Shown here one piece after another: positions 20,098 through 29,165 of a stretch of DNA of 64,000 bases. The translations under genes and the position numbers were made by a program. A model generated the notes under the pieces. That model saw only the letters and a list, made by a program, of their open reading frames with translations, was not told where the DNA came from and made no database searches. Position 1 is the stretch's first letter. Each line of letters begins with the position of its first letter. This DNA is from Candidatus Aenigmatarchaeota archaeon (GTDB taxonomy: Archaea; Aenigmatarchaeota; Aenigmatarchaeia; CG10238-14; SCSR01), in contig JAWCSL010000002.1 of NCBI GenBank assembly GCA_039090665.1, forward strand, positions 12,052 through 76,051. Reading direction: 5' to 3'.

Positions 20098-20688
20098 ATG
20101 CAAAAAGCACAATCTGACATACTTTCAGCAGTTATAATAATTCTTATTGCCCTTGGTCTAACTTCTGCTGCACTCATGTGGGGCTTACCACTAATCCAAA
20201 AGAGGCAAGACGCTGCAATGGTAGCAAGAGTAAGTAATCTTTTTTCTCATGATTTGCCATCCAAAATAACACATGTAGCCAATGTTGGTGGTCATGATAG
20301 TTTTACTATAGATGCTAATGGTGTTTGGACTTTAGATGAAACTAAAAACATACTTTCATTCACATTTTTCAGTAAATCTTCTGATAAAGCTATTGGAATG
20401 TGGATAGGTGGTGGAGAATGTCAACCAGATGGATTTAACGGACAGCCTGGAATTTTGGGTATTGATGAGCCTTGTGTGGTTTGTGTTCGGGCCGATCAAC
20501 TAGAATCAGGCTATACCATAACTTATCAAATTGGTTGTAGAGAACTTAAGACAGAAACAAACTCTTACAAAATACAGTTTAAGTCAGCAGGAGTAACAAC
20601 ATCCAACTCAAAGACGATAAAAATTTCTAGGGGGGCTTTGGTAACTATGGATAATTTAATTATAACACAAATCGAAATTCTTTTATGA
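20098..20688 (+). CDS. type IV pilin-like protein (class III signal peptide)
   Basis: MQKAQSDILSAVIIILIALGLTSAA: short basic n-region, K-A-Q, then a hydrophobic stretch. Confidence 0.6.
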   Translation: MQKAQSDILSAVIIILIALGLTSAALMWGLPLIQKRQDAAMVARVSNLFSHDLPSKITHVANVGGHDSFTIDANGVWTLDETKNILSFTFFSKSSDKAIGMWIGGGECQPDGFNGQPGILGIDEPCVVCVRADQLESGYTITYQIGCRELKTETNSYKIQFKSAGVTTSNSKTIKISRGALVTMDNLIITQIEILL

Positions 20689-21110
20689 TGAACAAAGGTC
20701 AGAGTATAGTAATTCAGTTCTTGATATTTTTTCTAATAGGTTTTTCAATTTTCGTTTCCTTGGGTTCATTTTTCAACTATCAGTCTGAAATTTTTAGGCA
20801 AAACATATTATCTTCTGGAGTCAACTTGAGTAAAAGTTACATTTCTTCAGCTGTCATAGCTATGGTAGATTCTTGCAAAGAGTGTGATTTTGTAAAGTTA
20901 ACGATAAAAATACATAACACTTCTGCAGGCTATCCAATATTGGTTAGAGGAGAGAATTTGGCTCTAATAGTTTCTACCCCAGTTAGTTCAGTTTCAACCA
21001 CTATTCATAACCTATTGGGTGATGTTTTAAAAGTTACCGGTAGCTCACCATCCACCAAACCTATAGTTTTAACATTTAACAGAACAAATAATAATTTAGA
21101 GGTAAGGTGA
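20685..21110 (+). CDS. pilin-like protein
   Basis: MMNKGQSIVIQFLIFFLIGFSIF (KGQS-hydrophobic). Confidence 0.55.
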   Translation: MMNKGQSIVIQFLIFFLIGFSIFVSLGSFFNYQSEIFRQNILSSGVNLSKSYISSAVIAMVDSCKECDFVKLTIKIHNTSAGYPILVRGENLALIVSTPVSSVSTTIHNLLGDVLKVTGSSPSTKPIVLTFNRTNNNLEVR

Positions 21111-22949
21111 ATGAATCCATTAAAAAATTTTATTAGGGCTCTTGTAGAAGGATATAGAAATCTTTCAATCGAAGAAAGTACACAAAAATCAATTGTTCTT
21201 GATCAACCTCAAATCCAGCCACTCAAAATTCCGGTAGAAGCAGTTCAAAAAATTGTGGTGGAATCTCCTGAACAACCGATCAAAATTCCTATCCAACCTG
21301 TCATCCAACCCATAGTTGTCCCGATAAAAACTGAAGAAGAAAAAGAAGAAAAAGAATTGGTAAAGGAGACAGAAGGTATAGAAATACCAAAATTTTCGCC
21401 AGCACTAGTTAAAACAGGTGAAATAGAAGAAGAGGAAAGAGAAAAAATAACTTTAATTCAACCACTCATACCTAAAAAACCTCAGAAGGATGAACCGATT
21501 CTTGCCTATGCGAAAATTTATTGGGATGAAAAGGAAAACAGGCAAGTGTATCAAGTAGTCGAACCGCCTTTAACCAACAAGCTAAAAGAAATTCTGAGGA
21601 AAGTGAAGGAAATCATGGAGCAGAAACTTGATGTAGAATTTTCAAGACTGAAAGTTTTGGAAGCAAAAGAATATTTGAGAAAACAGATTTCGGATATAGT
21701 CGGATATTTTGGTTTCAAGCTTTCTGAAACTGAAAAGCAGATATTGCAGTACTATATAGAAAGAGATTTCATGGGTTTGGGTAAAATTGAGCCCTTGATG
21801 AATGATGATCAAATAGAAGATATAAGTTGTGATGGAGTTAAAATTCCTGTTTTTGTTTTTCACAGAAATCCAGCTTTAGGATCTTTGATAACAAATGTTG
21901 TTTTCGAAAACGAGGAAGAACTTGATTCTTTTGTGATGAGATTGGCTCAGTTGTGTGGAAAATCAATTTCAATTACAAATCCTTTGCTTTCAGGCTCTCT
22001 TCCAGATGGAAGTAGAGTTCAAGCAACTTTAGCAACAGACATAGCAAGAAGAGGTAGCAACTTCACTATTAGAAAATTCACAGAAAAACCTTTGACACCC
22101 GTTCATCTCCTAGGCTATAAAACAGTTGATATAAAAACTTTAGCATATTTGTGGTTTGTTGTTGATATGGGAAAAAGTGTTTTGGTTTCTGGAGGAACTG
22201 CTTCAGGAAAAACAAGCATGTTGAATGTGCTTTCACTTTTCATAAGACCGGAACAAAAGATAGTTTCAATAGAAGACACACCAGAACTCAAATTACCTCA
22301 TCCACACTGGGTTCCACATGTGGCTAGAACAGCAATTGGAACCGAATTTGGAAGAAAGCCAGGTGAAATAGATCTTTTTGATCTTTTGAAAGAAAGTTTG
22401 AGACAAAGACCAGATTATATAATAGTTGGTGAAGTTAGAGGAAAAGAAGCTTATGTACTTTTCCAAGAAATGGCCACAGGACATCCAAGCCTGGCTACAA
22501 TTCATGCAGAAAATATATCAAAGTTACTCGATAGATTAACCACACCACCCATAAGCTTGCCACCCAGCCTTATTGCAAGCGTTGATGTGATAGTTTTTAT
22601 GGTTTTAACAAGATATAGGAACAAACAAGTTAGAAGAGTTACCGAAATTTTAGAAGTTGTTGGTATAGACGAAAAAACAAAGACACCTATTTTCAACAAA
22701 CTTTTCAAATGGAATCCAGTTTCAGATAGTTTTGATGTTTGTGGTAAAAGCTTTTTGTTGAAAAAAATCTCGGAGAGTACTGGATTGAGTGAGAAAGAAA
22801 TCAAAGAAGAGTTGGAAAGAAGGATGCTAGTTTTGGATTGGCTACAAACAAACAATATTTTGGAATATGAAGATTTCTGTCAAATCATAAACTCTTATTA
22901 TAAGAATCCTTCCAGGCTTTTAGCTGCCATCAAGGGAGGACTTGGATGA
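21111..22949 (+). CDS. FlaI/TadA/GspE-family secretion ATPase with a Pro/Ile/Gln-rich N-terminal extension
   Basis: Walker A VSGGTASGKTSMLNV, Asp/His boxes and the GEVRG motif; residues about 30-140 are IPV/QP repeats. Confidence 0.85.
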   Translation: MNPLKNFIRALVEGYRNLSIEESTQKSIVLDQPQIQPLKIPVEAVQKIVVESPEQPIKIPIQPVIQPIVVPIKTEEEKEEKELVKETEGIEIPKFSPALVKTGEIEEEEREKITLIQPLIPKKPQKDEPILAYAKIYWDEKENRQVYQVVEPPLTNKLKEILRKVKEIMEQKLDVEFSRLKVLEAKEYLRKQISDIVGYFGFKLSETEKQILQYYIERDFMGLGKIEPLMNDDQIEDISCDGVKIPVFVFHRNPALGSLITNVVFENEEELDSFVMRLAQLCGKSISITNPLLSGSLPDGSRVQATLATDIARRGSNFTIRKFTEKPLTPVHLLGYKTVDIKTLAYLWFVVDMGKSVLVSGGTASGKTSMLNVLSLFIRPEQKIVSIEDTPELKLPHPHWVPHVARTAIGTEFGRKPGEIDLFDLLKESLRQRPDYIIVGEVRGKEAYVLFQEMATGHPSLATIHAENISKLLDRLTTPPISLPPSLIASVDVIVFMVLTRYRNKQVRRVTEILEVVGIDEKTKTPIFNKLFKWNPVSDSFDVCGKSFLLKKISESTGLSEKEIKEELERRMLVLDWLQTNNILEYEDFCQIINSYYKNPSRLLAAIKGGLG

Positions 22950-23815
22950 AATTTGGTAAGCTCTCTATGAGATTTTTTTATCCACTTACTGATATGATTT
23001 TACCTTATTTTTCAGAGTTAAAATCTGATTTAAAGAGGGCTGGTATAAAACTTTCAGTTCAAGAGTTCTTAAGCCAAGGAATCTTTTTAACGGTTTTAGT
23101 TTTCATTTTAGGATTACCAATTTTTTCAGTGATTTTTTCTTTTTTTCTTAAGAGTTTTTTATTCGGGTTTTTATCTTCAATTACAGCTTGCTTCTTCATT
23201 TTATCAATTTTCTTTATCGCTTATGTGAATTATCCCAAAATATTGATTGGCCAAAAGACAAAAAAGATTGATGATCAAATTTCTTTTGCTGCGCTTCATC
23301 TTTCCACTCTTGCAAGTGCAAAATTATCTCTAGATAAAATTTTGGAAATTTTTTCTGAATTTAGTGGCTATGGTGAAATTACAGAAGAAATTTCAAAGAT
23401 ACGAACAGATATGAAAATGTTTGGTCTTGATGTCAACACTGCACTTGAAAGAGCTGTGGAGAGATGTCCTTCAAAAAATTTAAAAGAAATTTTATGGGGA
23501 ATTCTTTCCACAAACCTAAGTGGTGGAGAGATTGATGTTTATCTTAGAGAAAAAGCCAGAAGTTTAATGTCAGAATACAGGATGAAGCTTCGTGATTTTT
23601 CTCACCAGCTTGGAATTTATTTGGAAATATACATAACGGCAGTAATCCTTGGAGCGGTTTTCTTCCTCATTTTAACTTCGATAGTTGCAGGTATAGCTGG
23701 AACAGGCGGACAAATACTTTTCCTTCAGTTCTTCCTGATCTTTATATTTTTACCAGCAATTTCTGCAATTTTCATTTATTTGATTAGAGTTGCAACCCCA
23801 GGGGGATTTAGTTGA
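22946..23815 (+). CDS. FlaJ/TadC-like pilus platform membrane protein (1 of 2)
   Basis: Polytopic, with a cytoplasmic helical domain between TM segments; 4-nt overlaps with neighbours. Confidence 0.65.
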   Translation: MKFGKLSMRFFYPLTDMILPYFSELKSDLKRAGIKLSVQEFLSQGIFLTVLVFILGLPIFSVIFSFFLKSFLFGFLSSITACFFILSIFFIAYVNYPKILIGQKTKKIDDQISFAALHLSTLASAKLSLDKILEIFSEFSGYGEITEEISKIRTDMKMFGLDVNTALERAVERCPSKNLKEILWGILSTNLSGGEIDVYLREKARSLMSEYRMKLRDFSHQLGIYLEIYITAVILGAVFFLILTSIVAGIAGTGGQILFLQFFLIFIFLPAISAIFIYLIRVATPGGFS

Positions 23816-24753
23816 AGTTCAAGCTTAGTATAGAACAGAGAATTGTTTTGATAGCAATTTCAATAACAGGTTTTTTGATACTGTTGGGAATTTTAAGTCC
23901 GGACGAAAAAACAAGGATAGGTGTGATTTCAAACGCTTTCATTCTCCTAGCTTTTATGCTAATTCTTCCCTTTGTTTTCATAAGATATCAAAGAGAAAAG
24001 GCTATAAGGGAAATGGAAGAAAAAATGCCACTTTTTTTGAGGGATTTGGTTGAGTCTATTAGTTCTGGAGTACCTTTTCACCAAGCAATAGTCATGAGTA
24101 GCAAACTAGATTATGGTGAGCTTTCAAGAGAAATAAAGAAAATGGCAAATCAAATCTCTTGGGGGATGCCTGTGAATAAAGTTTTAGATCAATTCATAGA
24201 AAGAGTTAAATCAAGCAAAAAACTTTTTATGGCTTTAAAAATTTTGAGAGAATCTTACTTGACAGGAGGTGAAATAATTTCCACTTTAAATTCAGTAGCA
24301 GACAATTTAACACAACTGAATGAAATTGAAAAAGAAAGGAAAAGTATATTGAATCAGTATGTGGTATTGATTTATGCCATAGTTTTTGTTTTTGTGGCAA
24401 TTCTCGTGGCAATCAATAAACTCATGTTACCAATATTTCAAGCAACACAAGCTCCAGGTGGCGAGATTTTAGGATTCAAGAGTCCTTGTGAAGACAATCC
24501 AACTTTCGTTTGTGTTGTTTTTTCTCTTCCAGCTCAATATATTTTTGGTGTTGCTAATCCCACTAGTATAGGAGGCTATTACATTTCAATATTTTTTTAC
24601 ATGAGTACAATAATTGCAATAGCTTGTGGTATGGTTATAGGGGAAATAACAGAAAGGTCAATTTTTTCAGGACTTAAACACAGCTTAATTTTAACGATAG
24701 CTGTTTGGGGAGTCTTGCTATTACTAAAAGTCTTGAATTTCATTGGTGTTTGA
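23812..24753 (+). CDS. FlaJ/TadC-like pilus platform membrane protein (2 of 2)
   Basis: Same architecture as the previous gene; a paired arrangement like EpdJ/EpdK. Confidence 0.65.
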   Translation: MKFKLSIEQRIVLIAISITGFLILLGILSPDEKTRIGVISNAFILLAFMLILPFVFIRYQREKAIREMEEKMPLFLRDLVESISSGVPFHQAIVMSSKLDYGELSREIKKMANQISWGMPVNKVLDQFIERVKSSKKLFMALKILRESYLTGGEIISTLNSVADNLTQLNEIEKERKSILNQYVVLIYAIVFVFVAILVAINKLMLPIFQATQAPGGEILGFKSPCEDNPTFVCVVFSLPAQYIFGVANPTSIGGYYISIFFYMSTIIAIACGMVIGEITERSIFSGLKHSLILTIAVWGVLLLLKVLNFIGV

Positions 24754-25266
24754 ATGAAAGCTCAAATCAGTTTCGTTGAGTTTTTAACTTCAATAACAAT
24801 TTTTCTTGGTTTTACTGTATATATCGCTTTCCAAATTTCAACATTCATACCAAATTATCTCAATGAAATTAAAGCAGAAAGAATGAGATGTGAAGCTTTT
24901 CAACTTTCAGAATTATTGATAAATGATCCCGGAGATCCGGTAAATTGGTATCTCACTAATTTTAACAATGTAAAAAGATTGGGTCTTTTGGATGAAACGA
25001 AAAACAGAACAAACTTTCTATCTGAAAATAAAATTTTGGCGTTTGAAGGAAATTGTTCTAAAAACTATCAAGAAGTTAAGAGAAAATTGGAGTTAGACTA
25101 TGATTTTTCCTTAATTCTAAAAGATGGAAAATCCGGAGAAATTAAGATTAATTGTTATCCAAGTGCTACAATCAAAAGATACACGAACACAACTATAAGG
25201 AGAATAGTTGCTTATGAAAAAAATGGTGAAATAAGTTATGGCGAAATGTTATTGCAAGTTTGGTAA
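24754..25266 (+). CDS. pilin-like protein
   Basis: MKAQISFVEFLTSITIFLGFTVYIAF. Confidence 0.6.
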   Translation: MKAQISFVEFLTSITIFLGFTVYIAFQISTFIPNYLNEIKAERMRCEAFQLSELLINDPGDPVNWYLTNFNNVKRLGLLDETKNRTNFLSENKILAFEGNCSKNYQEVKRKLELDYDFSLILKDGKSGEIKINCYPSATIKRYTNTTIRRIVAYEKNGEISYGEMLLQVW

Positions 25267-26542
25267 AAAATCTCAAATTAACATTGTAGAATTAGTATTC
25301 GCGCTAGTAGCTTTATTCATAGCTTTCGGTGTTTTATTTCCAAGCTTTGGTTATAAAAACAGATGGAAAGAGGCAAACATGATTTTAATTTCTAGAGATT
25401 TGATTTTGACTATGGATAGAATAGGGGAGTTGTACAATTATTCTTTTGACAAGAAAAAACTAGAAAATTTCTTAAATACAATAATTACTGAAAAAAACTT
25501 GATTCCTTGGTCTGAAGTTGAAGGCACGAGCCCAAATGTTTTTGTTATAGCTTGTAATTGCACAGAAGAGGAAATTAATAAAATGAATTATTGGTTCAAT
25601 CCCTTAACTTTAAATGGAAGAAGAATTTATTTGTTGTTTCAGAAATCGAATTTTGAAGAAATTCCAACTGAAGCTGATGTCCTTTTGATTAAAGGTTATA
25701 AAAATCTCACAGGATTTTCTCAAAAATTCAAAAGTTATATAGCAAGAGGAATAGGAATTGTTGAGATTATGGATTTCAATACTCCAGAAAAAGTAAACCA
25801 AGATGATACACAAACAAACATATTTGGATTATGGTGTACTGGAATTGAGACTGGACCTGCAGACTACATGATTTTTTCCAAACCAACTAGTGTAAAAAAT
25901 TTAACATATTTTCCCTTCAAATACTTTTACCATGTTCCTATCATCTTGAATGCCTCATCTTCTGAAGCTATAACTGGTTGCGGCTATCAGCCATCCGGAA
26001 AAGGTGTTTTTAATTTAGGAGGAAAAAACTATAATTTTTGGATTTGTGATGATAATTCTGTTTGGTTTGACATTGATGCGGATGGTACGAGAGATACATT
26101 AGTCAATTTGAGACAAAACTTTAAAATAAATGGGTTCAACTTCACTTTGAATTATATTAATGACAATGCTACAATATCAATTTCGTTCAAACCCGAGTAC
26201 ATCTTCCCAGATTATCTTTCTTATGAAGAAAATGGAAACAAATACCTTCCGAAAATTTTGCCAATAGAAAGATCACTAGTTAGAGCAATAAAAGGTAGCG
26301 AAGAATTTCCAGCAGTAATTTTGAATTCTCCAAAAGTTGCTTGGATGTATGATATTGGAGATAACCCTACAGACGAAGAAAAAACTCTTTTGCTTTCTCT
26401 CTTGCTCTGGGCTTCTAGAAAAAAGTCTAGCATCCTAACATCAACAATAAAAACAGGTTTTTCAACTTCTTATGTAAATGTTCAAAATATTGATATGTTT
26501 GAAGTTTATAAATTCAGTTTAGGTTTGGCTCATCCCTATTGA
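25238..26542 (+). CDS. large pilin-like / pilus-associated secreted protein (434 aa)
   Basis: GKKSQINIVELVFALVALFIAFG at the N-terminus, then a beta-rich extracellular domain with many sequons. Confidence 0.5.
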   Translation: MAKCYCKFGKKSQINIVELVFALVALFIAFGVLFPSFGYKNRWKEANMILISRDLILTMDRIGELYNYSFDKKKLENFLNTIITEKNLIPWSEVEGTSPNVFVIACNCTEEEINKMNYWFNPLTLNGRRIYLLFQKSNFEEIPTEADVLLIKGYKNLTGFSQKFKSYIARGIGIVEIMDFNTPEKVNQDDTQTNIFGLWCTGIETGPADYMIFSKPTSVKNLTYFPFKYFYHVPIILNASSSEAITGCGYQPSGKGVFNLGGKNYNFWICDDNSVWFDIDADGTRDTLVNLRQNFKINGFNFTLNYINDNATISISFKPEYIFPDYLSYEENGNKYLPKILPIERSLVRAIKGSEEFPAVILNSPKVAWMYDIGDNPTDEEKTLLLSLLLWASRKKSSILTSTIKTGFSTSYVNVQNIDMFEVYKFSLGLAHPY

Positions 26543-28411
26543 TTACTTCAACCTTAAGGTTTCCAGATTTCTTGGAACATTTGTTTCAATTCTGAAAAGT
26601 TTATGTATAGTTCGAGCAAGCTCTAAGGATTTTTGAGCCTCACCATGCCCAATTATAACTCTATCTGGTCTTGATGCAAGCTTATGGATGAAAGCAAGCA
26701 ATTGATTTTTGTCAGAGTGTCCACTTAAACCTTCTATGGTATGAACATTCATTTTCATTTCAATTGAAATGTTTTTTCCTTCTTCATTTTTCACAGGAAT
26801 TTCTCTCCACCCTTTTTGTATTCTTCTTCCAAGAGTTCCTTCACATTGATAACCAACAAAAATCAATGTATTCCTTGGATCTTCGGCCAAAGCTTTTAAG
26901 TGTTCTATTGCAGGACCACCTATTAACATTCCGCTTGTAGAAATTATGACACATGGTCTTTCTTCCCAAGCTTTTTCTCTATCACTAGGTGAGGCAATTC
27001 TTTTGAAAATTGGGTTTAAGAATGGATTTTCTCCTGAGAAGATTTTCTTTTGTATGTTTCTTGAAAGATACTCTGGATAAGCAGTGAAAATCCCATTTGC
27101 ATCCCAAATCATACCATCGATAAAAACAGGATATTGAAAATTCTTTTCAACTAAAATTGCCATAACTTCTTGAGCTCTTTCGACAGAAAAAGAAGGAATT
27201 AAACAAATTCCCTTATTTTCCATAGTAGAATTTATTACACTCATTAATTGTTTTTCAGTCTCTAGTCTTGATGGCATGATATCTTTTTCACCACCGTAAG
27301 TTGATTCAATTATTAGTGTTTCAACTCTTTGGAAATTTGTAAAAGCAGGTTCTAGCAGAAGAGTTCTTCCAAATTTCTGATCTAAAGCATAGACGATGTT
27401 GTGAAGACCATCACCAATATGCAAATGAATTAATGCTGAGCCAAGGATGTGGCCAGCATTTTGAAATGTTAATCTTACATCTGGCGCCACATCTGAAACT
27501 TCACCATATTCAAGAGAAATAGTGTGTTTAACAGCTTCTTTCACACCCTTTGCAGTGAAGAAAGGTGTCGTCATACTCTTTTGCATGACATCGATGTAGT
27601 CAAGCCAGAGCAAAGTTGCCAAATCAACAGTTGGGGTAGTCATGTAGATTGGGCCATCATATCCGCGCTCAACAAGAGCTGGAACAAAGCCACAATGATC
27701 TAAATGGGCATGTGAAATAATTATAGCATCAAGTTCATTGTAGTCAAATTCTTTTGTGTTGAATATAGGATATTGATTTGCGTTTGAAGCACCAACAGAA
27801 ACACCACAATCCAACAAAACTTTTGATTTTGGTGTTTCTACCAACAAACAACTTCTTCCAACTTCTCTAAAACCACCAAGCGCTATTACTCTGATCCAAT
27901 CTCTGTTTGTGCTTCTTTCACTAAAAATTTTCTCTCCTATTTCATTCAAATATTTTTTTCTAAATTTACTTTCTGTATGTAAAACTTTTCTTATGCCATT
28001 TATCACATCAGATTTTATTGGAGGAACTCTTTCTATCCTTGGAGTCCAGAGAGTTTCAGCTTTAATTCTTCTGAAAGTTTCACCACCTTTACCAATCACA
28101 AGACCTGGTTTTTCGGCTGCTATGATGACCAAACTTCTTTCAGGCTCAAAGTATATTTCTTTTATTTTTGCATCTTCAGGTACTATTTCTTTTATTTTTT
28201 CTTTTGCTGCTTCTTCTTCCAGACAAAGGTCTTTTTCAAGCCTGACTTCAATTCTTTTTTTAATTTCACTGACTATTTGTTTCACTATTTCTTCACTTGT
28301 TTTGAAAAATTCTCTGTCTTTTGTGTAAACTATAATTTCACATCCTTCAAGTTCTATTCTACTAGCTACACCTTTCGGTAAAAGACTCTCCACTCTTTTT
28401 AGAATTTCCAT
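26543..28411 (-). CDS. fttA: aCPSF1 / FttA, KH-domain beta-CASP ribonuclease
   Basis: N-terminal KH domains, metallo-beta-lactamase HAHLDHCG motif, beta-CASP and C-terminal motifs; 622 aa. Confidence 0.85.
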   Translation of the reverse strand: MEILKRVESLLPKGVASRIELEGCEIIVYTKDREFFKTSEEIVKQIVSEIKKRIEVRLEKDLCLEEEAAKEKIKEIVPEDAKIKEIYFEPERSLVIIAAEKPGLVIGKGGETFRRIKAETLWTPRIERVPPIKSDVINGIRKVLHTESKFRKKYLNEIGEKIFSERSTNRDWIRVIALGGFREVGRSCLLVETPKSKVLLDCGVSVGASNANQYPIFNTKEFDYNELDAIIISHAHLDHCGFVPALVERGYDGPIYMTTPTVDLATLLWLDYIDVMQKSMTTPFFTAKGVKEAVKHTISLEYGEVSDVAPDVRLTFQNAGHILGSALIHLHIGDGLHNIVYALDQKFGRTLLLEPAFTNFQRVETLIIESTYGGEKDIMPSRLETEKQLMSVINSTMENKGICLIPSFSVERAQEVMAILVEKNFQYPVFIDGMIWDANGIFTAYPEYLSRNIQKKIFSGENPFLNPIFKRIASPSDREKAWEERPCVIISTSGMLIGGPAIEHLKALAEDPRNTLIFVGYQCEGTLGRRIQKGWREIPVKNEEGKNISIEMKMNVHTIEGLSGHSDKNQLLAFIHKLASRPDRVIIGHGEAQKSLELARTIHKLFRIETNVPRNLETLRLK

Positions 28412-28425
28412 TTCAATCCCAAGTT

Positions 28426-29070
28426 TTACTTGTTTATATCTTCTAGAGATTCGTATCTTGTGATCTTAATTCCATCTTTTGTGATAACAGCAACATCAGC
28501 GCCTTTACCACCAGATGCTATATCACGCTCAACAGCAGCCTTTATTGCTCTCAAAGCAATTTTCTTTCCTTCTTCAACAGAGATGTTATCTCTATAACTA
28601 TCTTCCAACACACCTAGAGCCATAGGCGATCCTGAGCCCGTAGAAAAAAATCTTTTTTCTTCTTCCCAGCCACCAACAGCATCTAAGCTGAAAATTCTAG
28701 GCCCAGTATCATCATATCCTGCTAAAATGAGTTGAACATAGTAAGGGAAAAACTTGCTTCCTTGTAGAATGTTTGCAAGCAGAGTACAAGCTCCTTTTAC
28801 AGAAATTTTTCTCTGGTTTTGAATTTCAAAGAGCTTGAGCTCAGCTCTCATATATCTTGCTAAAGTTTGAGCATCTCCGCTTACACCAGCTATGGTCATT
28901 GCTATATGGTCAGCTATTGGTAAAATCTTTTCTGATTCTTTGCTTGCTATCAAGTAACCCATAGTTGATTTTTTCTCTGCAGCTAGCACTACACCATCCT
29001 TGCAAATCAAGCCCACTGTAGTAGTACCGGTTTTCATCACTTCAGGCTTTTCTTCATCTAATTTTGCCAA
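28426..29070 (-). CDS. psmB: proteasome beta subunit
   Basis: Propeptide followed by the catalytic TTTVGL; 214 aa. Confidence 0.85.
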   Translation of the reverse strand: MAKLDEEKPEVMKTGTTTVGLICKDGVVLAAEKKSTMGYLIASKESEKILPIADHIAMTIAGVSGDAQTLARYMRAELKLFEIQNQRKISVKGACTLLANILQGSKFFPYYVQLILAGYDDTGPRIFSLDAVGGWEEEKRFFSTGSGSPMALGVLEDSYRDNISVEEGKKIALRAIKAAVERDIASGGKGADVAVITKDGIKITRYESLEDINK

Positions 29071-29165
29071 GTTATCACCAAGAAATTGGATAATTTTAAT
29101 TATGCATTTAGTTTTAAATAGATTTCGGGTTAAAAAATAAATATTTACTTTAATAAATAATTTAT

